Translations under genes and position numbers: made by a program
Notes under the pieces: generated by a model
The model's input: only the letters and a program-made list of their open reading frames with translations
The model's database searches: none
Told to the model about the DNA's origin: nothing
Part shown: piece by piece, positions 46,069 through 56,809 of the stretch
Position numbering within the stretch: the stretch's first letter is position 1
Layout: the number at the start of each line of letters is the position of its first letter
Origin: a virus
IMG/VR virus record: IMGVR_UViG_2814123150_000002
Span: 5,321-69,320 of that record
Direction: 5' to 3' (one strand)
Length of the DNA stretch: 64,000 bases

Positions 46069-46417
46069 TTATCAAGTCGTAACAGTTTCGGCTACTGCGG
46101 GTCTTATGACTGCGGGTGTGATTCTAATGAGTACCGCCTTTGTTGACCTAAAAAGCCCGGATGAATCCATGGATAGGATGCGGTCCTTGCCTACGTCAAA
46201 CCTCTATAATGTATCGGTCTATGCTGAGAGTACTAAGAGTTCGACGTTAGGATCAACGTCAGGTATTAGTTACGGGGTTGCCTCAGCTTCTGCAGACCAC
46301 CTGTTGCATCAAGCGTCTCTGAGTTTTGCTACCAACATTGCTAATGGCATGGAGGTCTTGGGAGCTGAATATTTGGAGGTGATCGAAGATAATTTTTGGG
46401 ATTTGGTTCTTAGGTAG
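46061..46417 (+). CDS. Small Ser/Thr-rich protein with acidic-aromatic C-terminus
   Basis: Overlaps the upstream stop; co-oriented. Confidence 0.7.
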   Translation: MSNYQVVTVSATAGLMTAGVILMSTAFVDLKSPDESMDRMRSLPTSNLYNVSVYAESTKSSTLGSTSGISYGVASASADHLLHQASLSFATNIANGMEVLGAEYLEVIEDNFWDLVLR

Positions 46418-46427
46418 TTAATGGTTG

Positions 46428-47015
46428 ATGGATATCGCAGGCTTTGATTATAAGGAATTTCTTCCATATTACCTGACCGAGGAGCAAAAGCGAGGTCTGG
46501 CGAGTGCTCTGAAAGACTTTTCAGGGCGCTCGAACATTTTTACTCAGGAATTCCAGCATGAGGTTTTTCAGGGGGATTGCTGGGAGGGGGTGCCTCATAT
46601 TACGCTGTCTGGTCGAAGGGAAAATATCCAGGCAATTATACTGTCCAATACCTGTGACATTGATCAGACCAACCTGCGCCATGCACCGGTGCATGTTAGT
46701 TATGCGCCTCTGATTAATTTGGCTGCTTACGAAGGAATGCTTCTTTCTAAGCTGTCTGAGCAGGAAGTGAAAGATAAAATTCTAGCGATTAAGGCTCAGC
46801 ACATAACTAATCTCATTTACCTGCCTGCATCGGTTGAAGGTACGGTCGATAGCATCGCTATGTTAGATATGGTTACCTCTATCCCCTACAAAGCGTTTGA
46901 GGCGCAAACTGAAAAGCGCAAGGTTAGGTCACTTAATCAGCTTGGCTTTTACATGCTTTCGTTTAAGTTGTCAATACACTTCTGCAGGATGCATGAGGCA
47001 GTTTTTCGTGGGTGA
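46428..47015 (+). CDS. Putative PemK/MazF-like fold protein
   Basis: FQGD...IILSNTCD...APL pattern. Confidence 0.5.
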   Translation: MDIAGFDYKEFLPYYLTEEQKRGLASALKDFSGRSNIFTQEFQHEVFQGDCWEGVPHITLSGRRENIQAIILSNTCDIDQTNLRHAPVHVSYAPLINLAAYEGMLLSKLSEQEVKDKILAIKAQHITNLIYLPASVEGTVDSIAMLDMVTSIPYKAFEAQTEKRKVRSLNQLGFYMLSFKLSIHFCRMHEAVFRG

Positions 47016-48052
47016 TTGTCCTCGATGTTTCGGTCCATAAGCTCGTCAGGCGATTCGTCGTCTATCCACTTTGCATGCACCTCTACGAGCCTTATGAAAT
47101 CTCCCCGGGCCGTGAGGCGCCAGCATGCTGCATTACTGGCAATTGCGCCCACCAAAAAAGATACGAGCCAATTGATTCCGCGGGTAGGGCGAACCCTTCT
47201 ATAGCCTCCCTCCGGTAAACCTCTACACCAATTAAAGCTCTGAGCTCTTACAGTGAATAGCCCCTGAAAACTGGCCATAGGCGATTGAGTAGCCAAACTC
47301 GTGGAAGTCTACGTGTAGCGCTAGGAGATAACGCTCTTCATCCTTGGGATGCCTAGTGTGCCAAGTGTCAACGCGAAACCAAGACTGTAGGAAAAGCTGA
47401 AGTGGGTATATGTCCATGATGGCTTCCTGCCGGATAGAGGAGAAGCCGGATTAGAACTCCCGTGTGAGATTCTTTTTATCCAAACTCGATTCCAAAACTG
47501 AAGCGTCGACTCTCATAGTATGAGGTCTGCAGTCGTGTCGTTTTGTCTTTGCTTTAGAATCGATTGCCCTGCTGACGTCGTATGGATCGGGCGTTTGTAC
47601 CGCGGTCTTGAACGCCTTTGAGGGGCTTTAGCGCTGGACCTCGCCCAGTTAGGCAGCAAGAAACATAAAGCGCTAGACCGGCTGGCTTGATGTAGGTCTG
47701 TAGCGCCTGGCTGTTTTCGGACCATAGCAGCCATCAAGCATCAATGATATCGGCCGTGAGCTGCTAATCAGCTTGCAGGTAAATGTCGAGCCGTTTCAAC
47801 CACCCAGCGTGCTAGCGAACCAGATGATGCAGTCGAACTTGGCCAGATTTCCTGGCGGGTCGTCATCGCTAACTTTAGGGCCGTGCTGAGAGAACGAGCA
47901 TAATCGGCATAGCGATCTCCTGGCTGCGTCTGTAGATTATCTGCTCTGAGCCGTTTGCAGCCTTGAATCGGCTCTACAGAAAGATGATAGCCTTTTGCCG
48001 TAAAATGATGCACTGTTGCCACCTTTGACCATTATCTTCAAGGGCTACCGAA

Positions 48053-48529
48053 GTGAGCAGTACGCGATTCGTAGGGAATGCTAAAGAGCTGAGAAGGGCC
48101 CTGAACAGTAAGGCAGACAGCATTGTGATCACCGATCGCAAGCTTGCTTTGGCGGTACGTGTGATCAAGTCCGTGACGTACACGAAGCTTGCATTAATAG
48201 CAGGCGGAGCAGGGGTAGCCGCGGCCAGCTTCTGGAACCCGGCGGGAGCTATTTCCGGTGGTGTTGCCGGAGCCGGCGGTCTGGTCGCCTTCGGATTTGC
48301 TGCGAGCGCATTAGGTGCTACCGGTATCAGTGGCGGCGCAGCAGCGGTTGCCGTTGCTGCAATCGGCACTGTCGGCGTTCTTGGGCTAGCGGCAATGGTA
48401 ATGCATAAAGACTACGCGCTTTTGATCGATGGCGCCGCCAATGGCAAAGCCACTACCGCTGACGACAAGCCCGATGTGAATGGAAAGTTCTCATTTAAGA
48501 TGACCCTTAAACGCAATGGCAACAATTGA
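48053..48529 (+). CDS. Glycine-zipper membrane protein
   Basis: Long G/A-rich hydrophobic segment. Confidence 0.65.
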   Translation: MSSTRFVGNAKELRRALNSKADSIVITDRKLALAVRVIKSVTYTKLALIAGGAGVAAASFWNPAGAISGGVAGAGGLVAFGFAASALGATGISGGAAAVAVAAIGTVGVLGLAAMVMHKDYALLIDGAANGKATTADDKPDVNGKFSFKMTLKRNGNN

Positions 48530-48676
48530 GAAGCAAGAGAGCGGCTATCTCGCGAGACGGCCGCTTCCGAACTTTTACTTCCTTTGATAAGGGGGCGATA
48601 TTGGCCAGAAGCGGAAACCCTGAACGGTCTCTGGCAATGTAAGGGGCCTCGAATAAATCAAATCAATCGTACAAAG

Positions 48677-49540
48677 TTAGACTTCAACACCCCAAGACCG
48701 AACCTTTTGACGTAACTGCTCACGGTAAATCATATTCTCCTCATGGCCTAGGTAATGAGTTCCAGCCAATTGATTGAATTCTGGGAGAATTCCGGGCGTG
48801 ATCAGCCTCCGACCCTGCTTGAGCCCAAGGTGGATCTCTATATTTCGGAAGGCGAGCTCTTCGATGTTGTCCGTACTGTTATCCTGGTGGAATGTGTCGA
48901 GAAGATCTGAGAAAGGATCTAGAAGAACACTTCTTAATGCGAAAGTGGTTCGCCCCTGATGCATTTGACCCAGATGTCTATTGAAGAAGGACGTGACGCC
49001 AGCAGCATAGGTTTGTACTCGCTCCCTCGGAGATGGGTATTTGTCAGAGACATCAGTAGGCACGAAAACCGTGTCGTATACGCGCCGCAACGCCCTGCCG
49101 TACTCCGGAAGCAATGCGTCTGGCCCGGTTATATCGAAAGCGGGAGTACGCAATCGGCCGCTGATGATTTTTTTTACCTTCGTGCAGCGAGCGACTGCGG
49201 AGAAGACCAGTCTGGTGCCGAAGAAGTCAGCCCACATCTCGATAGCTTTGCTATCCAGATCGTCTTTATCTTGATGCTTAGTATGCGTATTCGCCCAGTG
49301 AGCGAGCTCATGACCCGCAATGATCAGGCAGTAAAACAGATCACAGTGATCGTTCACAGCGCTGCCGGCGAAACGATACGAGAACTGCAGAGTTGGCTTG
49401 CCATCAATCTTCGCCACCTGAGCAAGCGGGGCTGGATCACCGTCAAAATCACAGATCACATTGGGCTGCTGATCAGCGTAATGCATCGATTTAAAATCTG
49501 CGATAAAGGCATTGACTATATCCTTGTTGGTGAGCGACAC
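48677..49540 (-). CDS. Lit/peptidase U49-like HExxH protease
   Basis: GHELAH, EMWADFFG, YPSPRER; RBS GGAGG. Confidence 0.6.
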   Translation of the reverse strand: MSLTNKDIVNAFIADFKSMHYADQQPNVICDFDGDPAPLAQVAKIDGKPTLQFSYRFAGSAVNDHCDLFYCLIIAGHELAHWANTHTKHQDKDDLDSKAIEMWADFFGTRLVFSAVARCTKVKKIISGRLRTPAFDITGPDALLPEYGRALRRVYDTVFVPTDVSDKYPSPRERVQTYAAGVTSFFNRHLGQMHQGRTTFALRSVLLDPFSDLLDTFHQDNSTDNIEELAFRNIEIHLGLKQGRRLITPGILPEFNQLAGTHYLGHEENMIYREQLRQKVRSWGVEV

Positions 49541-50312
49541 CTGACACCTCCGTTATGATAGGACGTGATTTTCGCCTATTCTGCTGCGTACCGCCACCAG
49601 AGCTTCCAGCCGTGTAGTTGAATCTCCCCATGCTCCGTAAAAGTAGACGAGGCATTGGGGGCGGATCCTTTCTTTCCCGAGGGCCGCTTCTCGTCGGTAG
49701 TAGGTGGTCGGTGACAGCTTCGAGGCGATATCAATTCTAATGTCATTGACAGGGGAAAAGGGGAGGAATTGAGGGGCGTTTCGTCTAGCAGACTCAGCGT
49801 TTTGTTACCACCACACACCCTTAGAGGAGAATGTATGGTGATGTTAGCGGCCTAGGATAGTCCCGTTATCTGGAATCGGTGAACCCGAGTCGCCAAGAGC
49901 GAGTTTTGAGGTTGAATCCAGCGCTGCTGGTGCAGCCTGTAAGGAGGGAAGCAGAGGCTTCTACATCAGTTCCAAAACGTTTACGGCGACCCTTATAGAA
50001 TGCGGCTTGAAAGTGCGCGAATGTGGCTTCGTTCTGGAACTGATTTTTCGGTCAAGCCAGCATCAGACGGCGATTCATGTATCGGATTGCAAATCCGTCT
50101 ACCCACGAGGTGAGGTTACGATGCTGCGTGTAACGGAAGCGCATGAAGCGATACCAATTTTGATACCACTGGTAGGGTAAGGAGGGGTAGTGGAGGGGTG
50201 TTTTGCCCAGCAAACATAGCCCTCTGCTACCGCATAACACCCCAGAAATACTGCATGGTGATGTTTGCTGTGGAGATCAAGTGCTTGTCCTGCGGGGGTT
50301 CCAGAGGTGTAT

Positions 50313-50630
50313 TTAGGCCCTCTCGTCAGTTCTGGGCCAATTTTGGGCCATTTCGACTCGGGGCGGCAGCTTCTCCAGCTCCCTCCAGTCCAAGGAGGAG
50401 CTGATCCATTTCGCGTAGGTAGAGAGCTACATCTCGACGCTGTAGCCGAGCTGGCTCGCGATGAACGCGGGGTTCATCCCAGACATCAGGCACATGGTTG
50501 CGTAGGTGTGGCGTGTGTCGTACTGACGGCGTTCACGGATGTTCAGCGCCTTCAGCGCCGATTTGAAGTGGCGGATTGTAACACTTGGCTCGTTGATCCA
50601 CAGCCCACCTTCGCTAGGTTGGAACACGAA
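50313..50630 (-). pseudogene. Tyrosine integrase C-terminal fragment
   Basis: YDTRHTYAT..SGMNPAFIASQLGYS, internal TAG, then STYAKWI. Confidence 0.85.
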
Positions 50631-50639
50631 GGGACTGGT

Positions 50640-51023
50640 TGGTGCTGACCAGCACTTGGGCTTCGTTTCACTTGAAGATCAGGATTCCCTCAGGTTCCAG
50701 TACACGGAAACGCTCGGCAAAGCCTTGGGGGATATCCTCCCGCCATTCACTGGTGAGCACTCTGTACATTGCCCGCATCCAGCGAGCCACGTCGGCCCGG
50801 GTCAGATGCGGCGGATCGAACACGACCCAGCGCAAAGCGGCGTCCCCAAGGGCAGACTCCGAAAGTCCATCAGCACATCTGGCTCAACCTTCAGTATCCG
50901 GCTGTCGCATCGCTGGTGTTCGTCGTCGCGGATGTCGCCGAACAGGGCGCGCTGGTCTTCCTTGTCGAACCACATCATGCGGCGGGCACTGCATGTGTCG
51001 AGCACTTCAACCGCTGCGCTCAT
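50640..51023 (-). pseudogene. Phage SAM-dependent methyltransferase, frameshifted
   Basis: LD.C...RMMWFDK..GDIR, then FDPPHL in another frame, later stop. Confidence 0.75.
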
Positions 51024-51296
51024 CGCGGCCCCCTGCAAATCAGGTAGGCCATGTACATCAGGGCTAGGGTCATAGAAGGTGTCCTCCGGCATACCGCAGG
51101 GCGTCACGATCTTGTCGAAGCTAATCGCGCGCTTTGATCAGGCCTTGATTGCGGTTGAAATGTTGCGGTGCTCCAACTCGAGGGTAATGGCAACGCATAT
51201 AATGCGTCAGGATCACCTCGCCCGGCTTCTGGCCGAGCCAAACCCGCCTGGAACGGCATCACGCCGGCCGGGCTATGACTCAGGGAAATGAGACCA

Positions 51297-51767
51297 ATGA
51301 AGACCGTTATCAAGGCCGGTATCGCTGGCGCGGTGCTGGCAGTAGTGGGCGCAGCCCACGCCGAGCTGCACGGGGAAGAAGCAGAGATTGCAGCACGGGA
51401 TGCAGCGGTGCGTCAGTACGCGGCGAAGCTTGAGGCCGATTGGCAGCAGTGCTTGAGAAAGCCGGAGACCAAAACCACCCAGGATTCAGCTCATTGCGCA
51501 TATGAAATGCGGGAGGCGGCCAAGGACGCGGTGGAAGAGAAGTACCAGAAGGCCCTGGCCACCGCAAAGGGGTATGTCGATGAAGGCTCGCTCCCGAAAA
51601 ATGTACCGGCCATGATGCCCCAGGCGCAGGCAGCGTGGGAGAAGTTCGTAGAGGCAGATTGCGACGTGGTAGGTGCTCTCGTCACTGGGACCGCGAGTTC
51701 TACCTATCAGATAGTGTGCGAGTACAAGCACCAGATACAACGTCTCCACGACTTGGACGAATGGTGA
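51297..51767 (+). CDS. Lysozyme inhibitor LprI-like periplasmic protein
   Basis: Signal peptide; AQAAWEKFVEADC...C. Confidence 0.7.
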   Translation: MKTVIKAGIAGAVLAVVGAAHAELHGEEAEIAARDAAVRQYAAKLEADWQQCLRKPETKTTQDSAHCAYEMREAAKDAVEEKYQKALATAKGYVDEGSLPKNVPAMMPQAQAAWEKFVEADCDVVGALVTGTASSTYQIVCEYKHQIQRLHDLDEW

Positions 51768-52145
51768 TTTTGATGGTGTTTGATAGGCGCAGGTCGTCGT
51801 AGTCGGGGCAGTCGCTCGATTTCGAAGCTTCGATGATTTCTCCCAAAGATCTCATGGCTTGACTCCAGCGGCCAGGGCCTCAGCCTCCAGTGGGGTGTAC
51901 GCCACGCCATCCAACGCGCTGCCTCGTGGTATTTGGCGGGGTTCTGCCACTGGCCCACGTCCTTGACGATCTGCCTCAGCAGCCAGCCTTCTGCTTCGAT
52001 CCGGTCGGTCATGTCTAGCCCCAGTAGCCAAGGTCTTCGTCAATAGCATCATGCGGATGCCAGGCGCCGAACGTCTTATGCAGAGAGTCGGCCATCTTCC
52101 AACTAGCCCACCCTATGACAGCCTTCAAGAAATCTCGAATTTTCC

Positions 52146-52427
52146 TCACAACTCATACCTCTCATCAATCCAGCGCCCAGGCGCCAGAGCAGGTGGAGGT
52201 TCGGGTTGGGTTTCGTGCTGGGAGAGCTGGCGCTGATTGCTGGCCTGCGGCTGGCTGTCGGAAATGCAGCTGATGCCGCCGTAGAATACGTAGCAGGTAA
52301 CGCCGCGCTCCTCGTCGTGCACACAATTGCCGCCCCTGTCGATGTTCCCGAATGCCTCGACATGAAAGGTTTGCCCGGCGCTTGCGCCTGTGGCCAACAG
52401 CAGGAGGCAGAAGGCGAGGCGGGTCAT
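52146..52427 (-). CDS. Small exported phage hypothetical protein
   Basis: HDEERGVTCYV..GISC. Confidence 0.55.
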   Translation of the reverse strand: MTRLAFCLLLLATGASAGQTFHVEAFGNIDRGGNCVHDEERGVTCYVFYGGISCISDSQPQASNQRQLSQHETQPEPPPALAPGRWIDERYEL

Positions 52428-52601
52428 TCGCTCACCTCATCAACGGGCACCACCGTGCCGCCGTTTGTGCGCTGGGCCTACGGATTTCTTGGCCGCCATA
52501 TCTCGGCACTGATGCGTAAATACACCATTAAAAATGCGTCAGGCATATATACTAGCCGGACAAGTAATTAAGATAATTCAAATTTCAAGAGAGATAGCCA
52601 C

Positions 52602-53102
52602 GTGCGCAAAACATACCTAAGCCTGATCGTAGGCGTTGCTGCCACACTTCTGATTCACGGCGCCCTAAAGAGGAAAGAGGAAAATTACGGGGGATCTTGC
52701 GATTCAATTGATGATGGAAGGTACGTGCCTGAGGTAACTGGCAAGGCAGCGGCATCATTGTTTGAGGTTAGGCGACGCCTATACGCAGCTGCAATCGCGG
52801 TGTTTATTTCATTCGCTTGGAGTATCGCGTGGTGGTTTGAGGGAGACGCTGCGCAATTTTCACGGTCGGGATCTGTTATAACTGTATTTGCCCTTCTTGG
52901 CGAATCGCTTTTGGGCGAGGGTGTGAGCAGACTCAACAGGCAGATGCGAAGATCGCATGGCAGTTACTACACGTTGTGGCGCGCTGTTTGCGCCATCGCG
53001 GCAGTCTTGGGAACGCTGGTCTGGGGTTACGGTGATCTGTTACATGCCAACCTGATGCCGGAGCCTGTGCCTCAGCCTCAAATTTGCATGCAAACCAATT
53101 GA
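52602..53102 (+). CDS. Membrane protein (moron)
   Basis: 3-4 hydrophobic segments, GTLVWGYGD. Confidence 0.7.
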   Translation: MRKTYLSLIVGVAATLLIHGALKRKEENYGGSCDSIDDGRYVPEVTGKAAASLFEVRRRLYAAAIAVFISFAWSIAWWFEGDAAQFSRSGSVITVFALLGESLLGEGVSRLNRQMRRSHGSYYTLWRAVCAIAAVLGTLVWGYGDLLHANLMPEPVPQPQICMQTN

Positions 53103-53258
53103 AGCAGAGGCTTCTCTAAGCTGGCTGTTCGCTGGGCACGAGGGGGAACCGAGCCGCTAGTATGGTTTTATGTGGGGCGGGTCAGGCTTTATCGACATAG
53201 CGCAGCAGTGAATAGAGAGAAAGGGGGTATAGCGGAGTGTAGTACATTTGTACTCCTA

Positions 53259-53678
53259 TTAGGCTTTCAGCGTATTACCTGCCTTCGCCAGCTCGGCTGT
53301 TACACGCTGACGCCAATCCGCGCCGTGCCTTAGGGTGTGCCCGAGAGGCCAGTGAATCACGACGGCCTGCTTGACTTCGGCATTGGGTGCGATCGTGAGC
53401 CCCATAATACGTAGAGCCTTGGCGATGTGGTGGCAAGTAAGGTTCGGGCGTCCGAGGATTTCGCGAAGGTCGCTGCTGAGCGCTGGAATGATTGTGGTGT
53501 TCCAGTCAGCTAGCTTGGTGTGCAGTTCCAAATTCTCGGCCTGAATACATCTATCCTGGATGTCAGCGTCATCGTGGATCGTCAATGCCAGCTGCAGCTC
53601 TGCGATTTCCAGCAGCTGATTGATGTCGGCGCTATCGACATAGGTCCAGCCCAACAATCGGCAGCCCAGCCTGCTCAA
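53259..53678 (-). CDS. Phage hypothetical protein (possibly 5'-truncated)
   Basis: LREILGRPN..C.HIA..LR motif. Confidence 0.5.
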   Translation of the reverse strand: MSRLGCRLLGWTYVDSADINQLLEIAELQLALTIHDDADIQDRCIQAENLELHTKLADWNTTIIPALSSDLREILGRPNLTCHHIAKALRIMGLTIAPNAEVKQAVVIHWPLGHTLRHGADWRQRVTAELAKAGNTLKA

Positions 53679-54161
53679 GGTTACCTATACCTAAAGGTGA
53701 GGTGTTTCCTAGCATGACTAGATCACAAAGTGTTGCGTACTTGGCTGAGCTGAAAAGACCACCGTTGCAGTCGATGATCTTTAGTGATGGTGAGGTCTAT
53801 CGGTGATCTGCCTGGAAAAATGATACTGATAGTTTCCCCAGTTGCGTTTATATTTACGGTGTTACAATTAGGTCAGATATCTTGGGTCGAATTTGGTCGA
53901 AGACTTCGATCGGTGAAGCACTTTTGAGTGCGCAGAAGCTTACGTAAAAGGAATGTGCCTGCAGCGAAGTAAAGAGGATATGGAGGCTAGTTATAATTAA
54001 ACCCACATGGAGGCGTTTTCACCTCCTTCAAAGAATTCGGTTGGATATGGAAGCGTTCATGTTTTGAGTACGGCAGGTGGTGGCTACTGGCTCAGCGCCA
54101 TGCTTTGCGGCGATTGGCGATTTTTGATGTAATGCCCGACCATTTCACAGGAAGGAACCTT

Positions 54162-54329
54162 ATGAAGCACACCATGATTGGCGCAATTCTCGTCGCCGTT
54201 ACTGCGCTGTTGCTGAGCGGCTGCTTTGGCTCAACAGAAGAGCAAAAAGCAAAGGCGCAGCAGGAATCCAGCGACAGGCTATGGGACATCCCACCTCCGA
54301 AGACACCAGATAAGGGTTTCAAGCCCTGA
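54162..54329 (+). CDS. Small lipoprotein, paralogue of 35-205
   Basis: LSGC lipobox; EQKAKAQQESSD.LWDIP shared. Confidence 0.8.
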   Translation: MKHTMIGAILVAVTALLLSGCFGSTEEQKAKAQQESSDRLWDIPPPKTPDKGFKP

Positions 54330-54459
54330 TGGGGGATTTCTAACGCCGCCTATCTCTAGGCGGCGTTTTTCGTTTGGGTGCTGGCGGGCAGCGCCGCAGG
54401 GTTAGGCGGCAGCGCGAACTACGAAGCTCAGGATGGCAGTGGCGTCGTCGTTGAAACAC

Positions 54460-54666
54460 TCGGCCAGGTTTTGATACGTCCGATACTTCGAGTTTTTCCA
54501 GCTTGCTCCAGTCGGAGCTTGGGTTGAGCCAACGGCATAGGTCGATATCAGCATGTAAACGCTGTGACCCAGCTGTTGGGCTATGAATGCGGGACTTAGA
54601 ACAGAGGCAGTCGGCGTATGGCCTGGCGAACTGGATAGCACGCAAAGCCTGATCGTTCAGCAGCAC
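54460..54666 (-). pseudogene. Second degraded tyrosine integrase fragment
   Basis: PAFIAQQLGHS..MLISTYA / WL..SSDWSKLEKL across frameshifts. Confidence 0.75.
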
Positions 54667-55117
54667 ACAAGTCCCTTTCTGTCTTCGTTCCTTCCTCTAT
54701 CTTGCTTAGGGCGACTCTCCTTATGACTTGCTGCATCCTCTTCTGCAGATTGATCCCATCCCATCGGCTGGCATGACGTCTATCGGTACATTAGCTACGT
54801 CTTTAATCTTACTGCGCTGCGAGAGGGCGAGAGTCGCAAAGAATGCGCCATCTGACTGAAGTGCAGCGCACACGCCGACCTCGTGGGAATTCATTGCGCG
54901 TTGCCCGCTCAAGTTGATCCTCCTTGAGCATCCAAGCCCAAGTCCATGGGCTTTCCAGCAACGGACCGGGGCGGGTCGTTGGGAGACAACGCTACGACGG
55001 CATGAGGCCGTACGGTTACGGGTGATGCGTCCAGGGGGATAGGTGGTCATCCTTGGAAGTCTGTGCAGGATTGCCTTAGAGTTTGCGCTTTACTCAAGCC
55101 TTCAAAGGAATGACTCC

Positions 55118-55423
55118 ATGGTCACCTGCCATGTTCGTTATGTGATTGATCCCTACCAGCTTCCCGCTTTTGAGGCGTATTCCCGTCACTGGATCGCTCT
55201 GGTCGAGCGCATGGGAGGCCAGCACCATGGCTATTTCCTGCCTTCTGAGGGGGCGAGCAATGTCGCCTATTGCCTGTTCAGCTTCGAGAGCCTTGCTGCC
55301 TATGAGCAGTATCGACAGCAGGCGGCAGGCGATTCGGCATGTATGGAATTGGTCAAGGAGGCCAGCGACAGGAAATTCATTCTGAGTTACGAGCGAAGCT
55401 TCTTGCGCCCAGTGTTCGAGTAG
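55118..55423 (+). CDS. NIPSNAP family protein
   Basis: YVIDPYQ..FEAY, HHGYFLPSEG, FESLAAYEQYR, YERSFLRP. Confidence 0.85.
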   Translation: MVTCHVRYVIDPYQLPAFEAYSRHWIALVERMGGQHHGYFLPSEGASNVAYCLFSFESLAAYEQYRQQAAGDSACMELVKEASDRKFILSYERSFLRPVFE

Positions 55424-55529
55424 TAAGCAGATTTCCTTGTATCAGCCCAGCTCTGTTCTGGGCTTTTCGCATCTGGGCAGGGCCACGCCGCCTTGTGGTG
55501 GATTCCCGGCATCATCAAGGAGGGATCAA

Positions 55530-55880
55530 ATTCGAATCTTGATCGGGGCAATGGGTTTGGCTTTGCTAGCGGGATGCATGGCTCCAACCATGAATGAAGC
55601 TCGTCAGGCTGGTCCCTATAAAGTTCTGAGATCGACCAAAACTGACGCCGCGCTGGCGAAGTGTGTCCAATACGAATGGCAAAATCAGCCGATTTTTGGT
55701 GGAACACCTGGCGCCACTCTTCAAGCAGGCCGCGATGTCGGCTATACCGTCTTCACGCAAGTATCAGAGTATTTCGTAGACATCCAGCCAGCACCGAGTG
55801 GGTCTGAAGCAAAGTACTACGTGGTGCTGGGGAACTGGATCGCAAAAAAGCGCCTGTCAGCATTGCAAGGCTGTCTGTAG
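55530..55880 (+). pseudogene. Lipoprotein with ATG->ATT start mutation
   Basis: Same RBS and signal peptide as 32706 but ATT start. Confidence 0.6.
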
Positions 55881-55942
55881 CGGTTCCGTCGAGCGCGCAG
55901 ATGCCGGGCTGATACGGTCTCGACTTTCAGGAGATAGAAAAT

Positions 55943-56299
55943 ATGCGAAACATCATAGTCGGGTCGGGCTTGGCATTGCTGGCGGGGTGTGCGAGCGTTG
56001 GCGACACCCGAAGCAATCCGCCACTGCTGGACTTGAAGTCGTCAAGGCCACCCCAGCAGGTTGCCGAGTGCATCCGAGATGCCTGGCAGAACACCACGGT
56101 GCTGGGGGTAAGTGTCGGCGGTATCTTGCAGACATCTGGCGACCGCTACGCTGTCTTGGCGCCTGACGCGCAGACGCCTATCCATTTGGTCGATGTGGCA
56201 TCAGCACCAAGTGGTTCGACTGTCCGTTATCACTTCTATCGCACCTGGCAGTCACCGCTGGAGCGCGTGACAGATGCGGTCAGGTCATGCGCCGGTTGA
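55943..56299 (+). CDS. Lipoprotein
   Basis: LALLAGC lipobox, C..AW, terminal Cys. Confidence 0.8.
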   Translation: MRNIIVGSGLALLAGCASVGDTRSNPPLLDLKSSRPPQQVAECIRDAWQNTTVLGVSVGGILQTSGDRYAVLAPDAQTPIHLVDVASAPSGSTVRYHFYRTWQSPLERVTDAVRSCAG

Positions 56300-56500
56300 C
56301 CTATCCGGGGTGGATAGCTTTTCAATGGTCGCTGACTGCTACCGAGCGCGTGGTGGCCACGCTCAAGGCCACGGTGCCCGCCACTGAGGAGTACAGCATC
56401 AATGAATGCTGTGGCGTGCTGCATTCCCTAACCTAAGAACACATAATGCAGCACAGAGGACGCACGACAGGGTGCGGCTCAAGGCACGAAAGGACGGCCA

Positions 56501-56689
56501 ATGACCGAGAAGGAGGAGCTGGAGCTTGAGAAGCTCCAAGCTGAAATTCACAAGCTCACCGCCGAGGCGCGAAAATTGATCGCCGAGGCCAACAAAATGA
56601 AGCGCGAGACGCTGTTTTACCCCTTTGTCGCGGTGGGAGGGCTAGTCACCGTCATCGTTACCGCTGCGGCCTTCATTCAAAAGCTCTAG
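56501..56689 (+). CDS. Small coiled-coil protein with C-terminal TM
   Basis: 62 aa, RBS AAGGA. Confidence 0.7.
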   Translation: MTEKEELELEKLQAEIHKLTAEARKLIAEANKMKRETLFYPFVAVGGLVTVIVTAAAFIQKL

Positions 56690-56809
56690 CCTGCCGTCCT
56701 GAGAAACAGGCTTGCGCCGAGTGGTCTTGAGCTTTACGCCAATTCGGCCGACACTATCGCCATAGGGTCTAGCAACAGGCGTGACCTGGCATCACAAGCG
56801 AGGGCGACC

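Noticed and set aside
53241..53254. Palindrome AGTACA-TT-TGTACT
   Set aside because: Single short site with no assignable regulator.
53720..54090. AT-rich ORF-free stretch
   Set aside because: No repeat, structure or coding signal I can support; probably a decayed gene.
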